From Amoebophrya sp. A120 (taxonomy: Eukaryota; Protista; Dinoflagellata): a stretch of DNA of 64,000 nucleotides. The notes beneath the pieces were generated by a model, which searched no databases, was not told the DNA's origin, and saw only the letters and a program-made list of their open reading frames with translations. The DNA is taken from the NCBI GenBank assembly GCA_905178155.1, contig CAJINV010000007.1, positions 686,859-750,858 of the forward strand, given 5' to 3'. The translations under genes and the position numbers were made by a program. This document shows, one piece after another, positions 38,252 to 50,700 of the stretch; position 1 is the first letter of the stretch; each line of letters starts with the position of its first letter.

Positions 38252-41200
38252 ACAAGAGGGAAAAGAGATAGAGGGGAGTATGTACTATTCTTTTATTTTT
38301 TTCGGAAAAAATCTTTACAGACGACGACGACGACTTTGAATTTTACTCTTCATTTGGGTCGTTTAACTGGTGGCGGTCCTGCTTACTTTTTAACGTGAAA
38401 GATTTTTTGGGGAGGACTCTGTCTTTCATGTCGAGCCTCAAGCCGGGATATGAAAGAGACAGAGAGACTCAGCAACAAGATTTCGTTTCCAGGGAGAAGG
38501 CAAAAAGCTTTCAAGAGGTTCCACGTGACCATCCACAACAAGCAAAAAACTGTTTTAAGTATTTCACTGGTACAAACAAGAGTCAACTTTTTTGATGAGT
38601 TTTTTTACGCTAATAGTTACAATGGTAAACAACGCAAGAGAGTGTATGGGGAGCAGGAGAAATAGTAACATTCGAAAACTCCATCTCCACCGGGAAAAAT
38701 AGGATTACTTACCTATAGTTTTTCAGACCAAATTCAATAAATTTAGCACAACTCTTTATTACAGCGACTTGAAATTCAAATTGCCGCACTGGTTAAGAGG
38801 ATAAAATGCATCTCTGGGGAAACTTTTTTGGGCCGAATTGGAGGCCTGCAATCGACAACTTCAATTGCTTCATTGCGCAGCATGGAAAATGAACTTGTTT
38901 AAATTGCTGACGAATGAAATAACGAACGTGATGAGGCCCCTTTATTCTTCAAACTGCTGACTACGCAGTTCAAAACAAACTCGATGGGCCGTGCTTGGTC
39001 GGGTATTTTCTTTTTTCTGTGTGATGTGTTCTGATGTGACCTATCGAGTAGGCTCGTTGCGCCATGATCTATCTTGCAGCGGTGCAGCAGGCTGTTTCAT
39101 TGGGGGCTGTTCTTGTTTGGTCCGGGACGTATTCTTCGTGTTGGGCCGTTCTTAGAAGGAGCAATGCGACCACACACCTTCGAGCCGAGCGGGCTGCCGC
39201 TGCTTCACCGCGGCCCGTTATTGCGGCGCGGGTGATGGGCGGGCAGGTGGTTAGTCCTGGCGCGCCAAGGGGCCGCGCACACCAATGCCATCGGCTTCGC
39301 CGCCAACTACCAGCCACCCGCCGGCGGCCGGCCACCGCGCAAAGCAACAGCCGAAACGGCCAGCCCAGACCACAGGCACTATGGCGGTGGAACCGATTCG
39401 CGAGCTGTGCAAGGCGGCCGCGTGACGATCGCCATTTTTCCCAAGGAGACCGCCCGAGGCAGCGCCTTACGTGCGTAGCGAGGGCGCGACCCTGATCGAA
39501 CTCAGCGCGCAGCTGAGTAAAAGGGAAAGCGCCGGGACGCAAAACCGACCAAACCCGGGCCACCCGCGTCAGCGAAGTGGAAAAGAATCGGCGGCGGCGT
39601 GGGCCGCGGTAAGCATCCGCCGAATGAGCAGGGGCAGTAGAATTTGCCAAGGAATGCCATGGCCTAATGATGATGTCGCGCCCAGACTTGGCCCGCTTGT
39701 ATGTCCGACACGTCAGAAAGCTGCGAACGCAACTCAAGACGGGGCGGCAGGGCTCCACGCTGCTCCTGGTAGAACTCCAGGAGGAGCCGGAGCTCTGCCG
39801 GGCTTTGTCGTCGGAGCTCGAACAGGGGACGACAATTAAGGGTGCACAAAATACATACTCAAGAACATACTTAAAAACTTCATATGCACTAGCGCAAGCG
39901 CGGAAAAAAAATCATAGATATGCAGTGCTGTGTGATAACATGGCTGCTCTGGATTTTATATGTGAGCAATTCCTGAAAAAAATAAGCGCCAGCTTTATAT
40001 GTGGTTGACTGTAGACGTAAATGAGAGCGATGGCATAAGTTACCATCTGGAACTTGCAGTGGCGTAGTGCTAGCGAAAATGATTCCAGAGGTTGATATGT
40101 AGACGCGGCGTGTGAGTTCGAGGTGGCAAAAAGGTGGCAAAGAGAGTTTGGCTTTTGCAGAGCCTCTCTTTGAAAAAAAGGCGGCTTCGGCAACGCCTCA
40201 AGTCGGGAACATTTTAGGGTTTTCAAACGCTTCCGCTTTTGGTAGTTATTTGCTGCTAGATCAATCTCCGCGCTTGCGCATCACGTCAAAGCGCAGCGAC
40301 TGCTCTTCTCGCGAGAGCGCGGAGATGCAGCATAATTTTCAGCATAAAAAAGAGCAGAAAAACAAGCAGAAAAAGGAGCATAATTTTGAGCACATAAACT
40401 TAAACGCAGAGCAATAGGCGCAGTCTAAGAAATTTTTGGGTACTCAAAAACGGAGCCACTTTTTCAGCATAAAAAAAAGCATACTTTTAAGCATAAAACA
40501 GAGCACATTTTTGCACGTCGTAGCGCCACGAGTATGCTCCAAGTTGGAGCCCCGCGCCCGAGCCCCACGCCCGAACTCCTCGCTCGAGCTCGACGCTCGA
40601 GCGCGACGCCATTACTTCGCGCTTTGTTTAGCGTTGTGAGTGCAGGCAGCGCGGCGGCATATTGCTGGCGCGTCATGGCTGCGCATGATAGTGATATATC
40701 CAAAATTGCGCAAGAAAGCTAGCGCGCGCGCGTTGTTCGCGTTTGGGTTGGTTGTTGTCGATTTGCGCATCTTTTTCTCTTTCCGGTCGTGAAAAAATAA
40801 GAACAGGCTCGGCACCTGATCAATGAGAAGGTCAAAACCGCACCAAATACCGCTCTAATCGTTTCAATAATAATAAATCCGTACAACATATCGGCCACTT
40901 GTGTCTATTTCTGATCGTGATAATATATATAATTTCCGCGCATATAAAGTTTTTAACTATGAAGAAAAATATGTATTTTGTGTACCTCTAAGACAAAGGA
41001 GCAGCAGCCGCGGACCCTGCGCCAAGGAAAGCAATTTCAAGACCGGGGAAGACACGCAGCGGGCAAAGGGCGCCATCGCTTTGCTTGCGCGCATCAATTG
41101 AGTAGCCCGCTCCGCGGCGGGGGCGGGGGGGGCGTGGTGGGCCGGCCGGGAGGTGGGGCGAGCGTCCGTGCGAGAGGCCGCGCCCAGCTGCCCGCTGGCA

Positions 41201-41883
41201 AAGCGTGCCCGCCCCGCGTTCGGCGGGGCGCGTTGGGCTACTCAGCCGCCGGGCCGACGGGCGCCCCCGCGCGGCGCGCGCCCGCGTCGGTGCTTTGGCA
41301 AGTGGCGCCGGGTGGTTGGTGTTTCATTCCTTCGCCCCGATGTCTGTGTGGTTGTGGGCGAAACCGCCGCCCACTCTGGCCGTGCCGTGCAGCTAGCTTT
41401 TCACGTCGCTGCCCGGCCCATATTGCTAATGGCCTACCTCCGTCCCTGTGGTGCCTGGGCCGCCATGTCCTACCTTCCTTCGGCGACTGCCATGCGACGT
41501 GTTTTTCCTTCGCGCCGCGGCCGCGCCCTTTTTATTTCGGCTTCGCTGCGGACAGCCTGGAAGCATGGCCGCCCTGTCTGGGGCGGCCACCCGTATCGTA
41601 TTAGTTTGTGTGTAAGTGTATGTAGCGCTGGCGTGGGGTTACTTATTGCGGATGCTTCATTCATCTCTTCATACGGCCGCACTGAGGAGGTGATTGCCAC
41701 TGTTCGGCTCCGGCGAGGGTCGATTAGCCCCGCTTCAAGCCTCCGCTGCTGCTTCGTTTCTCGTTCTAGCTGTCTGCGCAACATGGTTTTTCATACAGAT
41801 AGCCTCCCGCTTGTACTTCGTTCAACACTTATTTCGAGTTCGTTCATCTCTGTCTCGTCATTCCCAATCTTATCGTCGTCGCT

Positions 41884-41959
41884 AGTTGTTTTCGTTCACG
41901 GCAGTTGTTTTCGTTCATGGCAGTTGTTTTCGTTCACGGCAGTTGCTTTCGTTCACGAC
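41884..41959. repeat. 19-bp tandem repeat AGTTGTTTTCGTTCACGGC x4
   Basis: Units at 41884, 41903, 41922 and 41941; no spacers. Confidence 0.9.
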
Positions 41960-42463
41960 ACCGGCAGTCCTTATTTTCGCAGCGTACGAAAAACGGCATG
42001 GCATGTCGTTCAGGAAGTTCCACTCGCTGCGTGTAGGATGTTGATGGCCCTGTTTTATTCCGATGTGACATACTTCTTTCCGTTAGGTATCGCACAGTAC
42101 GTCTTCAGCCTACCCAAGCTGTACCCTTCTGAGAAGATATGACTTCATCCGAAGACGATGCAAATGTTGCAATGCGTAAATAAAAAACTCTTTGCGCTTG
42201 TTGCGTGAGGCCCATTCAGATTGGCTAGAATATGATTTTGGATGAAGGAGTAGACTTTTGCTCGTTCCTCGCCTAGCAGTGGTAGAATTTTCTCCAGAAA
42301 TGCTCTGCGTCGTCGGTCGGCGCTTAATATCCACGAAAGTGACATGATATCGACCCCCTACCCCTAGTTGTCGCCGCGGCGTGTCTCTGCACACAAAAAT
42401 CTGAATTTAGATTTACAGTTTATCCTAGGACGAGACAATTCCTTTAATACCAAGAAGATAAAA

Positions 42464-45400
42464 ATGCTGCTCGCCATTTGGCTGAGGCTATTCCTGCGTG
42501 GTCCTGGTTCTCTGCTTCTTGCATCAGTGCAGTTGCAGTTGCTCTCGTCGTCGTCCATCCTAGCCGGAGTTTTGCTATATCATGTTCATCCCATTTCTAA
42601 TTTCGCCTTCGCAGTCCACCTCGTGCCTCCAGCCAGCGAGGGAACAACTGGTGGAAGTACTACCGCTGGTAAAAACGGTTCATCAGCAACAGCAGCGTCA
42701 ACATCTTCTACTCCTGCCGGAGATGAAGTAGATCAAGATGTTGACGATAGGGATAGCCACGCCGTCGGGGCCCGGTCTTCCACAGAACAAACCACGCTGC
42801 TGCAGCAGGGACGACCGCGACCAGATGATGAACGAAGGGACTACACCAGAGCTGGGAATCATGTTGGTACAGGCGTTGCAGCCCCATCTACTGTCGCGGA
42901 ACAAGCAGTCCTGGACTACGAGTCGGGAGGGGAGATTATTTCCTCGTCTTCTTTCAGACGGGAGGAAGATGGAGCATTCGAATCTTCTTCTTCACGAGGC
43001 CGGCGCTCCTCTGTTGCTAGTGCAGCTCCTCGCCGCGCACCAGCGTGGTCGTCCACCTCTTTTACATTGATGAGCATGATACCGGTCGGCGGTGCTGGGG
43101 AAACAACGAATCAGAATTCTAGCTCTGAAGACGAGGAAAATCACAACGAGGATGGCGACGATGTTGTTGTTGATGTTGTTGAGCACGACCACATGGATGA
43201 TGAAAACATGCTGGCTACAACTAGAAGCACTTCTGTAGATGACGCCGGAGAACTTGTACATGAAACAACGCCAGATGTAGTCGCAGTTGTGCCGAGCAGC
43301 CCTGGGACCGTGAGCCACGAACTCGTCACAGCAGATCATGCAGAAGATGAAGATGAAGCTGGTGTCACGACGACAATCGTCTCGCCGGATGATGATGATG
43401 ATGATGCGTCTGCTCGCTTTCCGTTTGATTTCACAACCGATGTTCACGAGCCTGAGCAAATGGAGGACAAACCTCCCGGGGGTGGATTCCTGCAAAAAGC
43501 TACAGCACCCCAAGAACAACTACACCAACGGCGACAGAAGAAGATCGAAAGGAAGGCATCAGCGTATGCCAGCGAAGCAGGTCCACGACCATGGATAAAA
43601 CAGACGAAGCTTGGACGGTCGAAAATGAGCGCAGAACAACAGGTACAAGTAAAAGCTCAGGTGTTACACAACCCTGCTTTGACGATGGCACCCGAGGTGA
43701 AGGACTACAAACTAGTACAACCAGAGGGTACAACTTCTGGAGCACCACATCAGGAGGGACCACGCACCGGTACTAGCGCCTCCTCGTCTTGTTGCGATGA
43801 GGATGATGGCATCAACGATGCGAGAGTGAACGCCACGGACGGAGGTCGGGGAGTCGCCAGGCTGCAGCAAACAGAACGGAAACTCGTGCGCAAGGTCCGC
43901 ACCACTCCGACACTACTTTTTTACAAGCGGCTTCGCGACAGCGCCGATGATCGAGATCACGAGAAACACGGATTGAATCGGACGAGAATAGATCCGATCT
44001 ATCTTCTATCCTATGGAAAAACGTCCCCACCCCAGAGTCATCAAGATAGGGCTTTTGCTACACATCAAATCAGCAAGCTTTGCCTGTTGCGCATGGCAAG
44101 CTCGGGTCTCTAGTGTAGTTGTGTTTATTGGCTAGTGATGCCGCATCACAAATCCTGCTCCCTATCCTGAGTAGAGCATGACAAAGTACTAGAAAGCATG
44201 AGAAAGCGCTGCTCAACATGGTGTTGCGCATGAGAAACAATTTAGGCTTGCAGGTTATTTGCATGACAACGAACTCTGGGGGCGGTGGGGACGTTTTTAC
44301 TTAGGATATCTTTATAAGGCTAGCACGCACGTTCTAAAGGATCTAGACACAATGGGGCTCGACAGAAAAATCCAGGCCGCTCTGGACGAGACGCCGACCT
44401 TGGCGCTCTCGGATGTGGTATTCGATTTGCGGATGAGCGACACGCTGAGAGCGGTGTACGAAGCCCGGGAAAAGGAAGATTTGCACAAGTACCGCAACGT
44501 GCGGGACCCCGCTTTAAAAAGGGAGAAGGTGAGGCCGTGGAAATGTGTCCAGTTTTTGCACTATCAAATGCAAAAATGTCTCGGTCTGGAGGGTTCTAAA
44601 CTTGTAATGCTGTCTCTGGATTCTGAAAAAATTTGTATTGCGTGACCAGCAAGAGAGCTCCAGTTTGTGCTACGCGGAGAGGGCATTTCTCATGCGGCAG
44701 AGGCGTCAAAAAGTCCTCTAAAAATCTGTGATGCTAGGGTATACATCACAGACATCATGGGTCATTCAAAATATGCATGACAAAGACAAACCTGGTAGTC
44801 TTCCAGACCCAGACACTTTTGCATTTGATATGCAGCAGGTGTCCACGCGGGATGCCACGCTGAGCAAGAAGGAACACCACAACGAAGTGGTGCACATTCG
44901 GGGTGAAGATCTCTCGTATCCTAAGCTGTGGAAAGGAAAGCAACTGCCGTGGGAGATGCGCCTGTACCGCGGGAAGGACGTGCGCATGGGGAGTTGCGAA
45001 GAGTGCGGCATTGTGTGGGACCCGCCAGTATCCACAGTAAATTTCCCGTACACGTACAAATGCGGTCTCTGCATGACAAAAATTGGCTTTGATCCTAGTT
45101 TAGCATGACAAGTTTTACTCTCCAAATTGGTGAAGTTTGTGATGCATCCTGTACATGTACGGGAAATTTGTATTGCATAGCCAGACGACAAGATGTCTTG
45201 CGTGGAAACCTACAAAGTCGGGCTGCGGGGAGAAGAAACGCTGCTAGAGTACTCCACCTACTACCTCATCAACGAAGAGACGAGGGCAGCGGACTGGTTC
45301 AACGTGAAACTATGCATTTTTGCAAATGTGTCATCTGGGTCCGAATCATGCAAAAATCTGTGTTGCATGATTAAGTACCAATAATGCTGTCCACTTTTGA

Positions 45401-46875
45401 GCAAAGCCGAGAGGCAGTTTCTCATGCGGAAAAGGCATGGTAAAGATCTCACAGAATCTGTGAAGATGCCAGGAGATGCATCTTCACAGACCTCATGCGT
45501 CATGCAAAACGTGTATGACAAATGTTGCACTTCTTTTCTAGACCCAGATCGATATTTGTATTTGATAGAAACTGCTAAAAGACGACGAGCAGCTCCGTCT
45601 GGACGTAATTCAACTCGCCGACCAAGATATGCACTGCAAAAGTATCGTACTAGTACAAATCGCAATACAAATTGGCTCAGCATTACAAATTAAATTTGTA
45701 ATGCGGATTTACCTAACCAACTAGATTTCGATTTGTGATGTATAACTGCGATTACTATGAGTACGATATTTTTGCACAGGATACAAGAGAGCGGAGGCTG
45801 CAGCACGTGCTGTTGTGTCGTGGTCACCTTGGTGGTGCTCCTCGTGGTGCTCATTCTCGCGATAGCCGCCTACCTTTACTTCTACCGTTGGGGGGATGGG
45901 GATGCCTGGGAGCACGAAATGGACAACGAAGATTTAGACAAGGCTAATACGGATGACGAGAACATCAATACAGAGGCAGATACTAGCCTGAGAAGTCTTC
46001 ACGGTCAGGACCCTGAGGAGGCCGAGCAGCTTGGGAACAATTTTGACAGTGAAATAAACGACCGCAGTGGACAGGATCATCGGGGTCGTGGTTTATTCCA
46101 GAACAAAATGCCCCTGCCCTCCCCGCCGCCGGGATTTTCTTTGGCCCCCGAAAACGGCAGGAATTTGATTTTCTCCCCACCGGTCAGCAGTTACGAACAG
46201 ATACAGAAACTGCAACGAGAACAGGGCGTGGGTACGACGAAAGTGGACGAGGATGCGAAACAAAAAATCATACCGCAAGTCGTCCACGTCCAGTCCGCGG
46301 CGGAGAATGTGTTTTACGCGCCAACCACAATCGAGCCCAGCATGAACACAGAACCGAGCTTGACAAGCTTCGTGCCGCCTTCCGGCCTTGCAGGAGTCCC
46401 TGGGTCTATCTTCGCCGCCGGCGCGCCACTGTCAGGTCGTGGGGGATATGAAGAAGAAGAAGAAGCGCCAGGAGTAGCAGCTCTAGCGCTAGGTGGGCAG
46501 CCTGTTGAAGAAGAAGTAGACCATGGGTCAAAAAAAACTCCACTGTCGATGAAACAGGCGTACGAGCGGACGCGACGAGGGAAGATCGGGTTTGCCTGGG
46601 AGGGGGAGCAGCTGCCGTACTATGATGGCGGAGATTTGAATTATTTTAACCACGACGGGAGTCGTGCAGTTCTTGACAGCACCTCCTCCTCCTCCTCCTC
46701 CCGTGCGAGGCAGGGTGTGCACAAAAACCTGCGGGGGGATGAAGAAATTCTGCAAGAGCCATCATCTGGTGCGGGGACGAGGGTGAAAATATTAAACACC
46801 CGAGATGAAGAAGAACCATCAACAGGGCAGGCTAGAAGGAGCAGCGGGAATAGACGGAGTAAAGGCACTGCGTAA
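42464..46875 (+). CDS. Putative type I membrane/surface protein (hydrophobic N-terminus, one TM helix), 5 introners
   Basis: ATG 42464 (MLLAIWLRLF..). The frame is continuous after removing 5 elements. TM segment CCCVVVTLVVLLVVLILAIAAYLYFY. TAA ends at 46875. Confidence 0.7.
44007..44308. mobile_element. Introner, family D
   Basis: TIR TATCCTA..AAAAACGTCCCCACC; DR TCTTC/TCTTT. Confidence 0.88.
44562..44830. mobile_element. Introner, family A
   Basis: DR TGCAC/TGCAG. Confidence 0.9.
45029..45179. mobile_element. Introner, family H
   Basis: AAATTTCCCGTACA.GTACA inverted repeat; DR GCCAG. Confidence 0.88.
45311..45567. mobile_element. Introner, family A (degenerate)
   Basis: DR GAAAC. Confidence 0.82.
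45628..45783. mobile_element. Introner, family C
   Basis: DR CAAGA. Confidence 0.9.
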
Positions 46876-47779
46876 AGATAGTAAGTACCAAAAGTAACCA
46901 TAGCTGCAGAGGACGTATAGAACGAGTCGTAAAACTCGACGATTGAATAAAAAATCGGATAAACTCAAAGTTAGTAATCGCATTATACAGTATGAAATAA
47001 TTCTATCTTGTGTTGAAAGTCCAAACTTTTTATCCTTCCGAGCAGGGGAATAACGTTCGAAAGAAAACAAGCCAAGTCCTCTTCTACAGACGAACCGTAC
47101 TCCTGCGGCCTCCAGTTGTCGCTCGTTCTGTGGTGAAACGTCCGGGAAAGATGTTCTTTTCAGTGGTCATTACTCTTACTTTTGTTAACACCATCGCTTT
47201 ATTCCCATCGTTCGTTTTTTCTTTATCGGCTGACACGGCCATGATTTGGTATGCAAGTAGCCACGAGGACGACCTGTCTTTTCATAAGTACTTAACCTGC
47301 TTCGGTTTCTTCTTCTGAGAGCTATTGTAGGGAGAATCTTCTTCTTGTTCAAAAATAAAAGTACTTAAAAAAATCTTGTCTTGTTGTACGTTCGTGCACA
47401 CCTTCCTCCTTTTTATTCGAGAGCGTAGATCTTGGCTTGGAAGAACTGCACGTGAGTGGATAGTCAATCATGTCGAGTAGGCGTTTGAAGTGCTTATTTC
47501 CATACGTCTGGCCACTGTGGAGGTACTTCTTAGTCCTGCAAAGGGTTTATCGTGTTGACTAGTGACTGTCGTGTTTGTTTTGATCATATTGGCTTGTCCT
47601 GAAGTAAGAGTAGACGCAGTCCAGTCCTGCAGGTGGACCACATGCAAGGCAAAATGTTAACAAGGACTATTCACCTGCTCTGTGCAGCCTGAGGACCCCC
47701 TGGGCTTGGCGGCAAGAAGCTTGTTGTTTCGTCTTCCGCTGATCACATTTGACAACACGAGGCTACTACATCAAGGAGG

Positions 47780-50700
47780 ATGGCCTGTTTTGGTGGAGGC
47801 AAGCTGAAAAAGGAGCGCGATGCCTTGGCGCAGCAAAAGCAGGACCTCGAGGCCAAGGTCGCGCAGCAGCAGGCCGAGGCACAGCAACTGAGGCAGAAGC
47901 TGCAGCAGGTTCTTATTTACATTCTTGTTTCACGAATGATTTTATGAACTGCAAAAGTATCGTACTCCTACTCGTATAAATGCATTACAAATTTCCTCAG
48001 CATGAGAAATCAAATTTGCAATGCGGATTTACCGTAAAAAAAAGATTTGTAATGCAAGACTTGCATTTAATTATCCAAAAGGCGGAGACCCAAGCCAAAA
48101 CCGCGAAGACAACCGCTGACGAAGAGAAGGGGCAGCGGGAAAACGTTATGCATTGCAAATATATCTGGGTCTGGAAACTTGTAATGCTGAATGGCCATGA
48201 TTCACCGTGCCTTTCAGTGCAGTGCAGCATGACAAATTTTTCAAACGCTCTGTCCTGCGCAGGACGCATTACAAAGTGCGTTTTTGCAACATGAGGAAAG
48301 CGTGGTGCTTCATTTGCTGCTATATGCAATACAGATTTTTTAGGAATGCGAAACACGCAATACAGGCGCAATCATTCCAGACCCAGACATATTTGCATTT
48401 GATAAACGTGCAGAATCAACTGAATAAGGAGTTGACGAAGCTGCAAAAAGACAAAGACAAGGTGGACAAGAGGATGAAGATTCTCCAGCAGGAATTCACG
48501 ATCCTGCAAATATCAAATGCAAAAGTGTCTGGGTCTGGGAGATTCTGAGACTTGTCATGCACGTTTTGCATGAGCCATGATTTCTGTAATGCATGCCGTA
48601 GCATCACAGATTTTTCGAGGGGTTCCTGATGCCTACTTCGCATGACAAATGCCCTATCCGCGTAGCAAAAATTACATTCCCTTTGCTACTCATGCAATGC
48701 AAATTTTTTTGGAATCCAAATGCAGCATCACAGGTTGCATTCTTCCAGACCCAGACATTTTTGCATTTGATAGCAAACCGAGGCGGACAAAACCATCCAG
48801 CAATACGCGATAGGGGATTTGTATGCTCTGCAAGAAAAGTATCGTAGTACTAATCGCATTCATGCATTACAAATCTGGTTCCATATTAGGCAAATCAGCA
48901 TGACAAATTCCATTTGTCATGCTGAGCGAATTTGTATTGCAATCACTACTAGCGCGATACTGTTCCAGTTCATAATTTGCGGAAGAAACCCTTTCTGCTC
49001 CTTTTCGAAGCCTACGACGGCGACAACGGGACCTTCCTGGGGGAGCAGCTTCTCATCGGAACGGGCGAGTTCGCGCTAATGGACCGCGCGGTGCACTCTC
49101 GCTACGACGTATGCAAGAAGAAAACTGTGGAAGTGTAACTCTGTAATGCAGAATATGGAAGAGAGTTACATCTGTCATGCCAGACAGCCATGAAGTCCTC
49201 GTTCCATGTCAGTGTTTTCCCTTACAAGCCGCGCATGACAGGTTTTTTCTATGATCATGTAGAGCAAATCTGTGATGCTGTCAGCCACAGAAAGTTACAC
49301 TAACACAGTTTTTTTCTTGGATACGACGCGAGTAAGGAACAAGCTTCCGCCAGCAAAAATCCGACGCGAAGGATACACGTGGTGTGTGAAGAGAGCAACG
49401 ACCATATCCAGGAGAAAAACTGTGTTAGCGTAGGTGCTTTGGTGGAGTGATAGCATGACAAATTGGCTCTGCGTGACTTCTGATCGAGCCTGTCATGTTG
49501 CACAACTAGTACGTGAAAAGGAAAACGCACATGGAAACAAGTGGACTGCATGGCTGTCTGGCATGACAAGTGTAGCTGTGTTGGTTTTTGCTGCATTACA
49601 GAATTACAATTCTTAGGCAGTTTCTTTCTTGCATAGACCAGCTCGCGGTCAGATCCCTGTACCAAGAAGGCGGATCCAGTAGCTCCACCGCGTTTTCGCC
49701 CCCCTTGGCCGGCGGGACGTCTGCGAGCAGTCCACCGCCCGGGACGAACAGCAACAAAGTCGACTACCATTCCGTGCTCTACAAGGTTTGGCTGAAGCGG
49801 GGCAAGATGACAGCAAAGAGTGGAGCAGCAGCGGGAGGTTCTGCTGGCACGGAGCAGCCATTAGATTCGGAGCAGGAGCAAGACGAGGGGAAAGAAAAGC
49901 CCGCTGTATGGGAGCAAGTGGCGATGGAGCACAGCGAGATATTAAATGCAAAAGTAACTATGACTGGGTTGGGAAATTCAAATTTGTGTTGTTGAAGCTG
50001 CTTTATTTACAGAGTGGCAACTTGTACAGCATAGCAGCATCAGGCTGTACTACTTTTGCAGATTCTTTCGTAATGAAACACACGACAGATCATGGCTGAG
50101 TTTCAACACAGGAGCATGACAAAACACCTTGCCAGTCGTATTTTATGCATCACAAAATCAAATACAAATCCTTCTTGTGCTTCTTCAGATATCATCTCAT
50201 TTTCGCAAATCCAGACCAAGATCAAAAATATTTGCAAAACAATGCATACGAGATCATACCAGGCGACTTGTTAGAAGATCCGAACCAATACGGCTGGGTA
50301 GCGGGGTATGGATGTGTCAGAATCGAAATCAACAAAATCGAAATCGCTTGTGATGCATAAAATCGATACCAGTTGGAGCCTCAGTTTCCAATTGGCGCAT
50401 GACAAATTTCGGCAGCACGAAAATCCAGTCTCTCATGCTGTTTGGGCAAAGAACGCTGCTCCTGTCGTGCTACTCTGGCAGCACATCGCCTCCCCCTAAA
50501 CAGGCTCGCAATCGGTCTTATTTGCCTCCTCCCCAACACAGGCCATACGTGCCCTACATTTTATGCATTGCAAATTTTTCGATTTTGTCGATTTCGATCC
50601 TGACACTCCCATACGGGGTTCAGCAATGGTCTGAGCACGGAGGAACCACTCATCTTAGACTACGAAGCGCTGAATCTCCACGGGTATAACACCGTGGAGC

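Noticed and set aside
41153-42142. 329-aa ORF
   Set aside because: It arises from stop-poor GC-rich and tandem-repeat sequence and has no plausible protein features.
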